Below the pieces are notes generated by a model, which was not told the origin of the DNA, searched no databases, and saw nothing but the letters and a program-made list of their open reading frames with translations. A DNA stretch of 45,667 bases from a virus: positions 1-45,667 of the IMG/VR virus record IMGVR_UViG_3300029240_000018; one strand, 5' to 3'. Positions within the stretch are counted from its first letter, which is position 1. Each line of letters opens with the position of its first letter. The translations under genes and the position numbers were made by a program. Below, piece by piece: positions 26,683 through 37,061 of this stretch.

Positions 26683-29190
26683 ATGAATCCAATTTATAGA
26701 CATTCATTTGCGGATGCGTTGTATAATACCGGAATAATAAATAGCAATACGGGCGTACCTATTACGACCGGGGAGGCGGTGCAAAACCGATATTATACAA
26801 CAAACTATATTCCGGTAAGTAACATTTATCCCCGCATATTGTACAAAAGTACAACAGTTGAACGGGGGGCGTTTTATGATAGTAATAAAAAGTTTATCAG
26901 TAGTTTTATAGGAGTAACGACGGGTTCCGTGGATATTCCTAATAACGCATATTATTTGCGTTTTGTCGTTTATAAAACAAGTTATAACGCAGGAACCGCT
27001 TATATACGTTTAGGTTCGGAAACGGCGCAAAATTTGGTTTATGGACGAAAAGCAACCCCCGTTTATAAGGATGATTTGGCAAAGGAGTATGAGTTAGAAA
27101 CGAACCAACGATTTTACCGGGCGAAATTGTCCGGTAAATTGTCGTTTATCCGGGACGATTACGATTATATCAACAATAAACCGTTCGACAATGAATTTTT
27201 GTATAGTATTGAAAAGAGCAACGACGGGGGGCGCACATGGTCGCAATACTATCAAGGCAAATTTATGAAAACGGATTGTACATTTGTTGACTATGATAAA
27301 AAAGTAACCGTACAACCGGACGTAATCGACGAATATAACGACGTATTGGCGGGTTTGGAAAAAGAATACAATCTAATAACATTAGCCCCGACAATTCAGC
27401 GTATAACCATAAACAAACGCCCGTTAATTCAAATATATGTTCCGGGCGATACGGTCGTTTCCTGTTTTTTGGGCGGTACGAATTGGGAACAAGACGCAAA
27501 CGAAACGACCGACCAAAACGCATTAGTTAGGACGTATCATTTTGCTTTGTGTAATATCCTAAAGGAAATACAAATAACGTCGGAGGGTTCCCCGGCGGTA
27601 ATATCTGGGTTATATTCCGGGCGAATGGCAACGGGTGCGAGTGCGGACGCATTTACAGGAAATTTGTACCCGGAATTAAACGTTAATTATTATATCTATA
27701 TTTCGCAACAACGTATTGACGGATTGCCCGTTGGTATTGCATTAGTTGAGATACGCCGCCGTTCGGATGATGTGGCAATGTTTCGTTATCAGAAAATAAC
27801 GCAAGAACCGTTTGATACATTACAATTCGATTTGCAAGCGGTTGAGGGTTCCGGGGCAACCGGGGTAATGCACGCCGATATGAAAAGTTATAATATTTAT
27901 GCCCGGTATTTGTGCGATGTGGAAAAGATAAACGATTTAGATACATACCCGTTGCCGTCCGACGACATTGTAGATAACAACCGTAATTATCGCCGGGCAA
28001 TCGGTTACGCAATCGACGTGGCGTTTATATCAAATAACTTTTCCGACACGCCGACCGAGTGGGGATTAGCCGACAACGGAAAGTATTTTGCGCCGCCTTA
28101 TTCCATATACGGACAAACGTTTTATCCAATCGCCCGGTCAACGTGGCGTTATGCGTCGTTGTGGTTTGGCTTTTATTTGATGGATTGGATATTAGAGGAA
28201 CAAGCCCGGAAAGCATATACTTTGCGGGATGCGTTCCCCGTTGCGTCGTGCATACAAGTTCTATTAAATCAAATTGCGCCCGGTATTACCCACGCAGCCA
28301 CGGCGGAATACAGCCAATTTTTATATAGCGGGAACAATCCAATATCCGGGTTAAATTTTCGGTTACTTGTATCGCAGAAAACCAACATAATAAACGGGGA
28401 ATATCAGCAGCCCGCACAAAAAGCCCCAACGACATTACAACAATTTACAAATATGTTGCGGGATTGCTTTAAATGTTATTGGTTCATTGAGAACGGCAAA
28501 TTTAAAATTGAACATATCCAATATTTCCGCAATGGAGGTTCCTATTCCGGCGGGGTTGTATTAAGCCATGATTTAACACAGGAAATAAATTTGCGTAATG
28601 GGAAACCGTGGGCGTTCAACACGTCGGAATATTCGTTTGATAAGGTAGATTTGCCGGAACGTTACCAATTTAAGTGGATGGACGACGTTACAACCGCTTT
28701 TGAGGGTTTGCCAATACAGGTAATTAGTAAGTATATAACCCCCGGAAAAGTTGAGGACGTAAACGTTTCAAATTTTACGTCCGATATTGATTTGATGTTA
28801 TTAAACCCCGGCAATATGAGTTCCGACGGGTTCGCCTTGTTTGCCGCCGTTCCCCCAACGTCCGGGTCACAATGGATATTACCATTTACCCGGCAAACCG
28901 TTAACGGTGTGGAATACTTTTTGCAAAACGGGTATTTGGCATTTATAAATTTACAAATGCCTTATTGGTTGTATGATTTGCCCGCCCGCCGGGTATCAAT
29001 AAACGGTTCCGAAACATACGCATACGGAATTGAGAGAAAGAAGAAACAAACGTTTAATTTCCCGGCAATAGACGACCCAAACCCCATGCAATTAATAAAA
29101 ACCTATTTGGGTAACGGTCAAGTTGATAAATTAAGCGTAAATTTGTGCAGTCGTTCCATTAAAACAACATTGAAGTATGACACCGAATAA
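26683..29190 (+). CDS. Tail tip/distal tail protein (putative)
   Basis: 835 aa, directly after the tape measure gene. The N-terminus carries one copy of the FYD..FIS…IP.NA.Y.R module that is repeated in the 30058 product. Confidence 0.5.
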   Translation: MNPIYRHSFADALYNTGIINSNTGVPITTGEAVQNRYYTTNYIPVSNIYPRILYKSTTVERGAFYDSNKKFISSFIGVTTGSVDIPNNAYYLRFVVYKTSYNAGTAYIRLGSETAQNLVYGRKATPVYKDDLAKEYELETNQRFYRAKLSGKLSFIRDDYDYINNKPFDNEFLYSIEKSNDGGRTWSQYYQGKFMKTDCTFVDYDKKVTVQPDVIDEYNDVLAGLEKEYNLITLAPTIQRITINKRPLIQIYVPGDTVVSCFLGGTNWEQDANETTDQNALVRTYHFALCNILKEIQITSEGSPAVISGLYSGRMATGASADAFTGNLYPELNVNYYIYISQQRIDGLPVGIALVEIRRRSDDVAMFRYQKITQEPFDTLQFDLQAVEGSGATGVMHADMKSYNIYARYLCDVEKINDLDTYPLPSDDIVDNNRNYRRAIGYAIDVAFISNNFSDTPTEWGLADNGKYFAPPYSIYGQTFYPIARSTWRYASLWFGFYLMDWILEEQARKAYTLRDAFPVASCIQVLLNQIAPGITHAATAEYSQFLYSGNNPISGLNFRLLVSQKTNIINGEYQQPAQKAPTTLQQFTNMLRDCFKCYWFIENGKFKIEHIQYFRNGGSYSGGVVLSHDLTQEINLRNGKPWAFNTSEYSFDKVDLPERYQFKWMDDVTTAFEGLPIQVISKYITPGKVEDVNVSNFTSDIDLMLLNPGNMSSDGFALFAAVPPTSGSQWILPFTRQTVNGVEYFLQNGYLAFINLQMPYWLYDLPARRVSINGSETYAYGIERKKKQTFNFPAIDDPNPMQLIKTYLGNGQVDKLSVNLCSRSIKTTLKYDTE

Positions 29191-30046
29191 TAATTTGTCC
29201 GTATTGCCTTTTTATGAGGGCGTACAATATCAAGATTACCGCAAAAGTTATGCGTATGGCGACGTTTACCCGTTATTTACGCCGATAAATAAGTTATTGC
29301 CTTTTCAAATCATACGACCGACACGGAGCAACCAAATTGCATGGGTTCGATTGTATAATTACAAAATGACAAAGAGAATAGCGGATATAACGCAACCAAT
29401 GAAAGAAACCGGGTTGCAAATCGTCCGTAATCAATCATACGGTTATGACGTTATATTATACCCCGGTAACTTGTTAATGGCTTTGGATGAAGCAACGGAG
29501 GGTCGTTATATGATTGCAATAAACGACGGCGTACAAACTTATTATTCGGACGTATTTACGTGGGTTAATGGAATGGACGGTTATTTGTGTATAGAATGGA
29601 GCGACGCCGAAAACATGGGGGTTGACGGCGGACAAATCGTTTACGATGTTGCACAATTCAAAAACCGGGTATATGTGTGTGCCGAATTGGGAAAACCGGA
29701 ATACAAATTTGAGGAAGAGGGCGAAGAGCGGGACGGGTATTTTTTCCCGGAAAAACAAATATCGGAAAAAACGTTTCGGTTTATCTTTTTAGCCCCGGAG
29801 TATCTTTGTGACGTAATGCGATTAATCCGTATGAGTGACTTTGTTACGGTATATAGTCAAGGACGGAAATATGATTGCGATACGTTTTTGATTACCCCCA
29901 AATGGCAGACACAGGGTAATTTAGCGTCCGTTGAATGTGAGTTTGAATGCGCAACGGTCGTTAAGAAAATCGGACGGGGTGTTTTGCCGCCGGGAGCAAA
30001 TGGAGATTTTAACAACGATTTCAATAACGATTTCAACAATCAGTAA
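29177..30046 (+). CDS. Tail-associated hypothetical protein ending in (DFNN)x3
   Basis: 289 aa. Three 12-bp tandem units at 30005-30040 encode DFNNDFNNDFNN. Confidence 0.5.
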   Translation: MTPNNNLSVLPFYEGVQYQDYRKSYAYGDVYPLFTPINKLLPFQIIRPTRSNQIAWVRLYNYKMTKRIADITQPMKETGLQIVRNQSYGYDVILYPGNLLMALDEATEGRYMIAINDGVQTYYSDVFTWVNGMDGYLCIEWSDAENMGVDGGQIVYDVAQFKNRVYVCAELGKPEYKFEEEGEERDGYFFPEKQISEKTFRFIFLAPEYLCDVMRLIRMSDFVTVYSQGRKYDCDTFLITPKWQTQGNLASVECEFECATVVKKIGRGVLPPGANGDFNNDFNNDFNNQ

Positions 30047-30057
30047 TTTATTTTTTT

Positions 30058-33000
30058 ATGGGAAATTATGAACAATTAAAAGCCGCAATTGCCGCCGTTA
30101 TCAAACAAAACGGGAATAATGAGATAACGGGCGATTTGTTGCAAAACACGCTAACAACGATTGTTAGCAATGTGGGGAGTGAATCAACGTTTGCGGGGGT
30201 CGCAACGCCGGACACCGTGCCGGGTTCCCCCGACCAAAACGTTTTTTACATTGCCGGAACCCGTGGCGTTTATTCCAACTTTGATGGCACGGTATTAGTT
30301 AACGAAATGGTCGTTTTCACAAATGAAACGGGCGTTTGGACGTCGCAAAACATTGGTATCGCTTTAAATGGTGTGCCGAATTTGTTTTTAGGTATTGGAT
30401 ATGTTCGTAAGGACAACGGGAATATTAATACCCCGTCAACTTCTTTTCGGAGTACACCGTTTATTCCGATTGATGTAACAAAGGATTTGCAAATTAAAGC
30501 CTATGAGGGCGTAACAAATCTAATGGCGTTTTGTGCGTTCTATGATAGTGATTACAAATTTATTTCGGTATGGCAACCGGGCGGGGCGTCCGATGGAACC
30601 CGAACCGCCGTAATACCCGCCGCACAAATCCCGGCAAATGCGGTATATGTGCGTTGTTCCGGGCATGGTAACACAACGGACAATTACGTTATCCCGTTTG
30701 ATTTGTACAATGTGTTGGTAAATTTGGCGACAAAAACCAACGTTGATGCCGTAATTGCTCAAATTAACACGTATTTACAAGGTAGTTACGTTTATAGAGG
30801 TATAGTTAGCCCGGCAACAATACCGTCGTCCACGGTATCGAATGTTTTTTATATCGCCACAACGCCCGGTATTTATACCAATTTCGGCAATTTCGAGGTA
30901 ACGAACCGTTTAACCATATTTCGCAGAACAAACCCGACGGACGAATTTGTTGCAACCGAATTGGGCGTACCATTAAACGGCGTGCGTTCCCTGTTTAGAG
31001 AAATTGGGTATATTCGTAGCGATAACGGAGAGGTAAACACGGATTCGACGTCGTGGCGTTGTACGCCTTTTTTGCGTATAAACGAAAATACAGATTTCAA
31101 AATCAAAGCGTCGGTTAGTGAAGAGGGATTAACGGCGGCGTGTGCTTTCTATGATGAAAATTATAATTTCATATCTGCAATTACCATTCCGGGAACCGGG
31201 CAATTTGTTGTTGATGTTGCCGCCGCCGATATTCCCGCCAATGCCGTATATATGCGTTGTACAGGTTCAGAAAATACCGGATATGTATTGCCGTGGGATA
31301 TATTCGATTTGATTAAAGACGTAAATAGTAAAGCAAGCCAAACCGACGTAAACAACGTTTATGGCGATTTCTTTACGATACCCGATTATGGATTGAGTTA
31401 TACAACCGGAGTACCAATAAAACAAACTATTCCGGGATATACTATTACGCCGTTTATTCCATTAAACCGGGATGCCGATTTGATTGTTTCCGGTTACAGG
31501 GGCGGCGGTAATACAGCGTTGTTGTGTTTCTATGATAAGGACGAAAATTTTATATCGTCAATTTTTGAGCAAATAAGTAGCGGTTATCACAAAGATTATT
31601 TAATCAAAAAAGAAGATTTCCCGGAAAATGCGGCGTTGATACGTGCCGGGGGTAATACAAATTACGATTGTTATATTAGAAATATGACGGTTAAATATTT
31701 GTTAGATGTAATTGAGGGTAACACATGGTTAGATATGTTTTATTTTTACCCGGATAAAATATACTCAACCCGTGCCGAGGCTTACAACGATGTGCCGGGA
31801 TATATGCGCAAAGCAAATCTAACAATCAAATACCGTTTGAACGAACCCAACAACGTTGTTGTTGAAACGTCGTTAACTAATATAAATTGGGATAGTGAAA
31901 CTAATTGGAGGGGCGAACAAATGCGGGATATTATCGAGGGTAATTATTTGTACGCAATAATCGACGCCAACAACAATGTTTTATTTTCCATTGATGAATA
32001 CGGGTATTGTCGTTTTAAAAGTGATGTTACAAACTTTTTGAGCGTTGAGGAATGGGATTATCTTTACGCAATTGTTGACGCTGAAAACAATATTGTTTTC
32101 GCAATCGACAAATACGGCAATATCGTTGGAAAATCCGGGCAATCCGTGGGGTCGTCGCTTATATCTAACAATCTGAAAAATCAAAGCGATATGTTAACGA
32201 CGTTAAGCGATGTAAGGAATTACGGAGCGCAAAACGCCGAATATCTAATTGATTTGAATTTTATCGGGCGTGTGTCTGTTAAGGGTAAGATAAAAAACCC
32301 GGTAAATGATGTTAACGGTTATGTCCCCTTTGCCACGTTTGAGAACGGCGGAGCAATTGCAGCGACCCAATCAGTAAAACACGCAATACCAACACAGGCA
32401 ACGGAAACAATTTACGGGGTTACGGGTAAAGTGCCGTTTTCCTTGTTTCAATCCGGGTTTGCTTGCAACAATGCCGAAATTGTATATAACAGAGTAGCGA
32501 AAGCCGGAAGCACACACAACGGAGGGCGTAACAATCTTTGCGGCGATAAAGTAATGATGTTTTGGTTTAAAGGGTTAGACGTGATTAACAAAGCGTATGC
32601 CATAACTAACTATGAAACCGCCGACGATTATTTTATACCCGATACCGACACGTGGGGCGAAAGTACGTTGCCAATTATTGTGGAACCTGTAAACGGAGTT
32701 GCAACCATTGATTTGTTAACGCCTAATCGCTTGTATTTCGTTACCGGAAAAGTAAAGAAAGTTGTTATTGCAGATAAACGCCGGACAACCGAGGATATTA
32801 ATACAACATGGGTTAGTTCGTCACAATCTTACATTGTGGTTAATTGGGACAATCCAATTGATGCAACCCCGGTAGATACCGGAGCGTCCGGCATTGTTGT
32901 TGGTTCCGGTTCAGAAACCCCGGTTGCCGATGGTTTTAGTACCTTGCAAATGAAAGGCAATAATTATATCATTAAAAACACGGCTACACGTGCATTTAAT

Positions 33001-34368
33001 AATTATTTGCCCTATGAGGAATTAAAAGCCCGTAGCGAGTTATTTGCACAATATCAAGATTTGTACATTGACCTTTCAAACGACACGTTTACGGTTGGTC
33101 GTGATAGTACCGGGGTAATCTTTACCACGCCTTTAAAAGATGGTTCCGGCGCATGGAAAACGTTACAGGCGTTATATGAGGAATTTGTACCGCCAACGCC
33201 AAACGATAGTTACCCCCGTGAGGGCTACCCGCACGCAGTGATACCGGAATTATCGGATTTTTACATTACGTTTTATGATATGCCCGCAAAAGATTGTTCA
33301 ACCATTTTGCAAAATGGCAAAATATACCTTATCGGGGAATATCCGCAACAAATGGTTTTAAATCCGTGCGGTTCGGCAAATGCGCCTTATAATTTGCCTT
33401 ATACAAATCAATTTGATTGTTTCCCGTATTGGATTTATGACAAATACGATACACAAGAACACGTGTTTGATTACATAATTGGCAACGAGCGTATCAAAGT
33501 GTATGTAAATGGGGAAAAGTTGACCGAGATAAACAAGACGTCGCAATTACGTATCGGAAATGCTTTGTCGGATATTCAATTTACCGATTTGGAAATTACA
33601 AAGGGATATTTGGGCGATGCCGAGGTTATGAGCGACGATTATTATTTAGTATCGTCCCGGACGCCGTTTTGTTTCGGTATGATTTGCCACAATATTTATG
33701 ACACATATATTGGCTCAAATCATGCGCTTTCAAATAGTGGGGCGTCAATTACTCAAATGATGGTTATTGCAAAGCAATTGCACGACAAAGGTTATACGAC
33801 CTTATCAATGCAACAATTAGCGGATTGGAAAGCCGGGAATTATAAGATACCGCCTAAATCCGCCGTATTAGTATGCGATGATTGGCAAATACCCCGAAAT
33901 TGGTTAGGGCAACCGAGCGGACAACAAACAACAAAAATGGGCTTTGATTTTCGTGTAAAACAAAGTTTCCTAAAGTATGGATTGAAGTTGAATTTTGCGC
34001 AAGTTGGCGACCACATGAAAGGGTTAAACCATGATATTGTAATGAATATCAGAATGAGCAATTGCGGCGTTGGCAACCATACCCGTTGGCACAATGAACC
34101 GATACAACAAAAACCCGTTCCGACTTTATTTTTGGAATTGCAGGAAATGCGGTATATGATGCACGAATACGGGTTTAACGACGATGTATTTGTTTATAAT
34201 AAATCGGGGGGTACGTTTGTGGCTCAACAGGATTTGTTAGATTACTTTGGTTATTCGGCGGGGGTTGGTTTAGGATTATTAACCGATAAATACACCCGCA
34301 TTATAACAAATCGCTTTTCGTTAAATAGAACGAATATAGGCGATAATGCAGTTATTGACGTATTATAA
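30058..34368 (+). CDS. Tail fibre/receptor-binding protein with tandem binding-module repeats and a C-terminal NodB-like (polysaccharide deacetylase) domain
   Basis: 1436 aa. Internal repeats span aa 44-222, 245-421 and partly 445-545. A YLYAI(I/V)DA.NN..F.ID.YG pair is present. The C-terminus has VLVCDDWQ…LNFAQVG…GNHTRWH. Confidence 0.65.
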   Translation: MGNYEQLKAAIAAVIKQNGNNEITGDLLQNTLTTIVSNVGSESTFAGVATPDTVPGSPDQNVFYIAGTRGVYSNFDGTVLVNEMVVFTNETGVWTSQNIGIALNGVPNLFLGIGYVRKDNGNINTPSTSFRSTPFIPIDVTKDLQIKAYEGVTNLMAFCAFYDSDYKFISVWQPGGASDGTRTAVIPAAQIPANAVYVRCSGHGNTTDNYVIPFDLYNVLVNLATKTNVDAVIAQINTYLQGSYVYRGIVSPATIPSSTVSNVFYIATTPGIYTNFGNFEVTNRLTIFRRTNPTDEFVATELGVPLNGVRSLFREIGYIRSDNGEVNTDSTSWRCTPFLRINENTDFKIKASVSEEGLTAACAFYDENYNFISAITIPGTGQFVVDVAAADIPANAVYMRCTGSENTGYVLPWDIFDLIKDVNSKASQTDVNNVYGDFFTIPDYGLSYTTGVPIKQTIPGYTITPFIPLNRDADLIVSGYRGGGNTALLCFYDKDENFISSIFEQISSGYHKDYLIKKEDFPENAALIRAGGNTNYDCYIRNMTVKYLLDVIEGNTWLDMFYFYPDKIYSTRAEAYNDVPGYMRKANLTIKYRLNEPNNVVVETSLTNINWDSETNWRGEQMRDIIEGNYLYAIIDANNNVLFSIDEYGYCRFKSDVTNFLSVEEWDYLYAIVDAENNIVFAIDKYGNIVGKSGQSVGSSLISNNLKNQSDMLTTLSDVRNYGAQNAEYLIDLNFIGRVSVKGKIKNPVNDVNGYVPFATFENGGAIAATQSVKHAIPTQATETIYGVTGKVPFSLFQSGFACNNAEIVYNRVAKAGSTHNGGRNNLCGDKVMMFWFKGLDVINKAYAITNYETADDYFIPDTDTWGESTLPIIVEPVNGVATIDLLTPNRLYFVTGKVKKVVIADKRRTTEDINTTWVSSSQSYIVVNWDNPIDATPVDTGASGIVVGSGSETPVADGFSTLQMKGNNYIIKNTATRAFNNYLPYEELKARSELFAQYQDLYIDLSNDTFTVGRDSTGVIFTTPLKDGSGAWKTLQALYEEFVPPTPNDSYPREGYPHAVIPELSDFYITFYDMPAKDCSTILQNGKIYLIGEYPQQMVLNPCGSANAPYNLPYTNQFDCFPYWIYDKYDTQEHVFDYIIGNERIKVYVNGEKLTEINKTSQLRIGNALSDIQFTDLEITKGYLGDAEVMSDDYYLVSSRTPFCFGMICHNIYDTYIGSNHALSNSGASITQMMVIAKQLHDKGYTTLSMQQLADWKAGNYKIPPKSAVLVCDDWQIPRNWLGQPSGQQTTKMGFDFRVKQSFLKYGLKLNFAQVGDHMKGLNHDIVMNIRMSNCGVGNHTRWHNEPIQQKPVPTLFLELQEMRYMMHEYGFNDDVFVYNKSGGTFVAQQDLLDYFGYSAGVGLGLLTDKYTRIITNRFSLNRTNIGDNAVIDVL

Positions 34369-34388
34369 ATTTTTTAAAAAGTAAAAAT

Positions 34389-35363
34389 ATGAAGACAGTT
34401 GTTTTAAAATTAGAGGAAACCGCAATAGGCGAGTTTGAAAAATTGGGCGTTTATCGCATTAATTTAAACCGTAATGCAACGGTTGATAACGTGGGCTTTA
34501 TCCATTTAAGCGCATTAACCGCCAATGTTAGTGTAATGACTATTGTAAACGCTGAATTTTACCAAGATGCGGAAACAACGCAATCATTAGGGCAACAATA
34601 TATTATGCCCGCCGGAATTTCAACGTTATATTTTAAAGTTACAGGCGGCAACCCTTACATTGAAATTTCAAACCCATACAACATTAATATGTTTGGAGGT
34701 TCGGGAAATTACCTATTTGGCGAGGGGTCAAGCCGGGCAAATGGATATATTTATACGGACGACTTGTATAAATTGGCAGGATTACGCACTCTTTGGACGT
34801 CGTTAGCCGGATTAGTAGGCGAAGTTAGGAATATACCGGAGTATATAACGGATTTGCGAGTTGAAAACGCCGGGTTATCCGGTTCATTGGCAGACTTAAA
34901 ACCGGAAGTATTGACAATGTTACGTTTCCGACAAACAGGGGTAATAGGTCGATATTCAGATTTTGCGGGTAAAACCATAACACAGACGATATTAGATTTG
35001 CCATTGGTAACAGGCGATATTATCGACTTTTTGAACGTGAACGGATTGCAAAGGCTTTCAATTGGTAATCCGGCACTAACTACAATTTCCCCGGCATATC
35101 CGGTAACGTGTGCTTTAAGTTCTGTTAGATATTTCCCAACTCTCACATACTTAACAATGAAAAGAGTACATTTAACCCGTGCCGTATTATTAAGCACGTT
35201 GCAAAGTTTGACCCAAACAACGTGGAATAATATAACAGGAACACAAGTTGAGTTAACAACAACCATGTCGCAAACAGATTACAACGCTGATACAGAAATA
35301 CAATCCGCCGTTACTGCATTGAAAGCGGTATTAAAGGGCAATTTTGTTATCAACTTTGCATAA
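34389..35363 (+). CDS. Leucine-rich-repeat-like tail-associated protein
   Basis: 324 aa. The C-terminal half has irregular L/I-spaced repeats (…LRVENAGLSGSLADL…LRFRQTGVIG…LDLPLVTGDI…LQRLSIGNPALTTI…). Confidence 0.4.
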   Translation: MKTVVLKLEETAIGEFEKLGVYRINLNRNATVDNVGFIHLSALTANVSVMTIVNAEFYQDAETTQSLGQQYIMPAGISTLYFKVTGGNPYIEISNPYNINMFGGSGNYLFGEGSSRANGYIYTDDLYKLAGLRTLWTSLAGLVGEVRNIPEYITDLRVENAGLSGSLADLKPEVLTMLRFRQTGVIGRYSDFAGKTITQTILDLPLVTGDIIDFLNVNGLQRLSIGNPALTTISPAYPVTCALSSVRYFPTLTYLTMKRVHLTRAVLLSTLQSLTQTTWNNITGTQVELTTTMSQTDYNADTEIQSAVTALKAVLKGNFVINFA

Positions 35364-35369
35364 TTAACC

Positions 35370-35391
35370 GCCGGGGGCGCAATCCCCCGGC
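35370..35391 (+). promoter_or_regulatory. GC hairpin GCCGGGGG-cgcaat-CCCCCGGC, an exact copy of 38020-38041
   Basis: 8-bp stem read directly. A 23-nt identity is shared with the second copy. Confidence 0.6.
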
Positions 35392-35408
35392 AATAATATT
35401 TTAATGAT

Positions 35409-35924
35409 ATGGATAAACTTTTTACGTGGGAACAATGGCGTATGATATTTGCCACGTCGTTAAGTCCTGTTTTAGCCTATTTAACCCCAACGGCGGGTTT
35501 TATGTACGCATTGGTTATAATGTTCGCTTTCAATATTTGGGCGGGTATGCGGGCGGACGGGGTAAGTGTAAAGCATTGCAAAAACTTTCGTTTTGGAAAG
35601 TTTAAGAACGCATTAGCGGAATTGTTGTTGTATGTTACCATTATACACGTTATTTATTCGGTAATGCTGCAATGTGGGGATAATGACGCCGCCCAAATAG
35701 TAATTAAATCGCTTACTTATGTTTTCATGTACGTATATTTGCAAAATGCGTTTCGCAATCTTATAAAGGCATACCCCACAAAGGTAGCGTTGCGCATTAT
35801 TTACCACGTTATCCGGTTGGAATTTACACGGATATTGCCGGGATATTGGCAACCAATCATTGAGAGATACCAACGGGAACATGACGATATTATTAACGAT
35901 AAAGAAAAGGAGGGCGAAAAATGA
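35409..35924 (+). CDS. Putative holin
   Basis: 171 aa with several hydrophobic helices. An ATGA overlap links it to the amidase gene. Confidence 0.55.
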   Translation: MDKLFTWEQWRMIFATSLSPVLAYLTPTAGFMYALVIMFAFNIWAGMRADGVSVKHCKNFRFGKFKNALAELLLYVTIIHVIYSVMLQCGDNDAAQIVIKSLTYVFMYVYLQNAFRNLIKAYPTKVALRIIYHVIRLEFTRILPGYWQPIIERYQREHDDIINDKEKEGEK

Positions 35925-36436
35925 ACCAAAGCGAAATTTTAACCTATTTGCAAGGTCAAAAGGCAAACCGGACGATTACGGATTTAATCGTACATTGTAG
36001 TGCAACGAAACCCGGTGCAAAAGTCAATGTTGATATTATCGACGGTTGGCACAAACAACGGGGTTTTAAAAAGCAACCGCAAAGCGGGCGAATTTGTGGT
36101 TATCACTTTGTTGTATTGCCGGACGGAACAATTGAAACCGGGCGTTACTTATCGGAGATTGGAGCGCACGTGTCCGGACAAAATTCCCGGTCGATTGGTA
36201 TTTGTTACGTCGGCGGATTGGATGCCAACGGCAAAGGAGCGGACACACGCACCCCGGAGCAAAAAGAGGCTTTAATTTGGTTGTTATCCCGGTTAGCCTG
36301 TATGTTCCCGGATGCAACCATTAAGGGACACCGGGATTATAGCCCGGATTTGAACGGCGACGGAATTATTGAGCCGTGGGAGTATATAAAAGAGTGTCCG
36401 TGTTTTGATGCGGCAATTGAATATAGTAACATTTAA
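35921..36436 (+). CDS. N-acetylmuramoyl-L-alanine amidase (T7-lysozyme/PGRP type endolysin)
   Basis: IVHCSATKPG…WHKQRGF…GYHFVV…DGTIETGR…GAHV…NSRSIGICYVGG…KECPCFD aligns motif by motif with T7 lysozyme. Confidence 0.93.
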   Translation: MNQSEILTYLQGQKANRTITDLIVHCSATKPGAKVNVDIIDGWHKQRGFKKQPQSGRICGYHFVVLPDGTIETGRYLSEIGAHVSGQNSRSIGICYVGGLDANGKGADTRTPEQKEALIWLLSRLACMFPDATIKGHRDYSPDLNGDGIIEPWEYIKECPCFDAAIEYSNI

Positions 36437-36439
36437 TTT

Positions 36440-37054
36440 ATGAAAAAGTATTTGATTTTGAAGGCAATCATTTTGGCGGTTGCCGCCGCCTTTTGGGTAC
36501 AACAAAAGCGCATTAATAATTTGACCGTGGAGCGGGACAAATACCGGAGCAATACCGAAACGTTATTGCAAGATGTAAAGACGTACCAAACGAAAGATAG
36601 TTTGAACGCCGCAAAGGTTGGCGGGTTGGAGTTGAAATTATCGGAGTTCAAAAAATACCGGGCGGACGATGCGGCGTTGATAAAATCGTTGCAGACAAAG
36701 AACCGGGATTTGCAAAGGGTTACGACTGCACAAATGGAAACGATAAACGAATTACGGGCGAACGTCCGGGATAGTATTGTATATTTGCCCGGCGATACGG
36801 TTACGACCGTATTACGTTGTATTGACATTGTGGAACCGTGGTTTGAGTTGCACGGATGCACAACGCCCGCCGGGGTATTTACCGGGACGCATATAAACCG
36901 GGATAGTCTGTTAATAGCGGAAACGGTGCAATATAAACGCTTTTGGGGGTTCCTTTGGAAAACAAAGAAGATAAAGAACCGGGAAATTGACGTTGTAAGC
37001 AAGAACCCATCTACCCGAATATTGGGGGTTGAGTTCGTAACCATAGAAAAGTAA
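36440..37054 (+). CDS. Lysis accessory/spanin-like protein (N-terminal TM plus coiled coil)
   Basis: MKKYLILKAIILAVAAAFWV anchor followed by a coiled coil. It is the last gene of the late operon. Confidence 0.4.
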   Translation: MKKYLILKAIILAVAAAFWVQQKRINNLTVERDKYRSNTETLLQDVKTYQTKDSLNAAKVGGLELKLSEFKKYRADDAALIKSLQTKNRDLQRVTTAQMETINELRANVRDSIVYLPGDTVTTVLRCIDIVEPWFELHGCTTPAGVFTGTHINRDSLLIAETVQYKRFWGFLWKTKKIKNREIDVVSKNPSTRILGVEFVTIEK

Positions 37055-37061
37055 TAAACCG

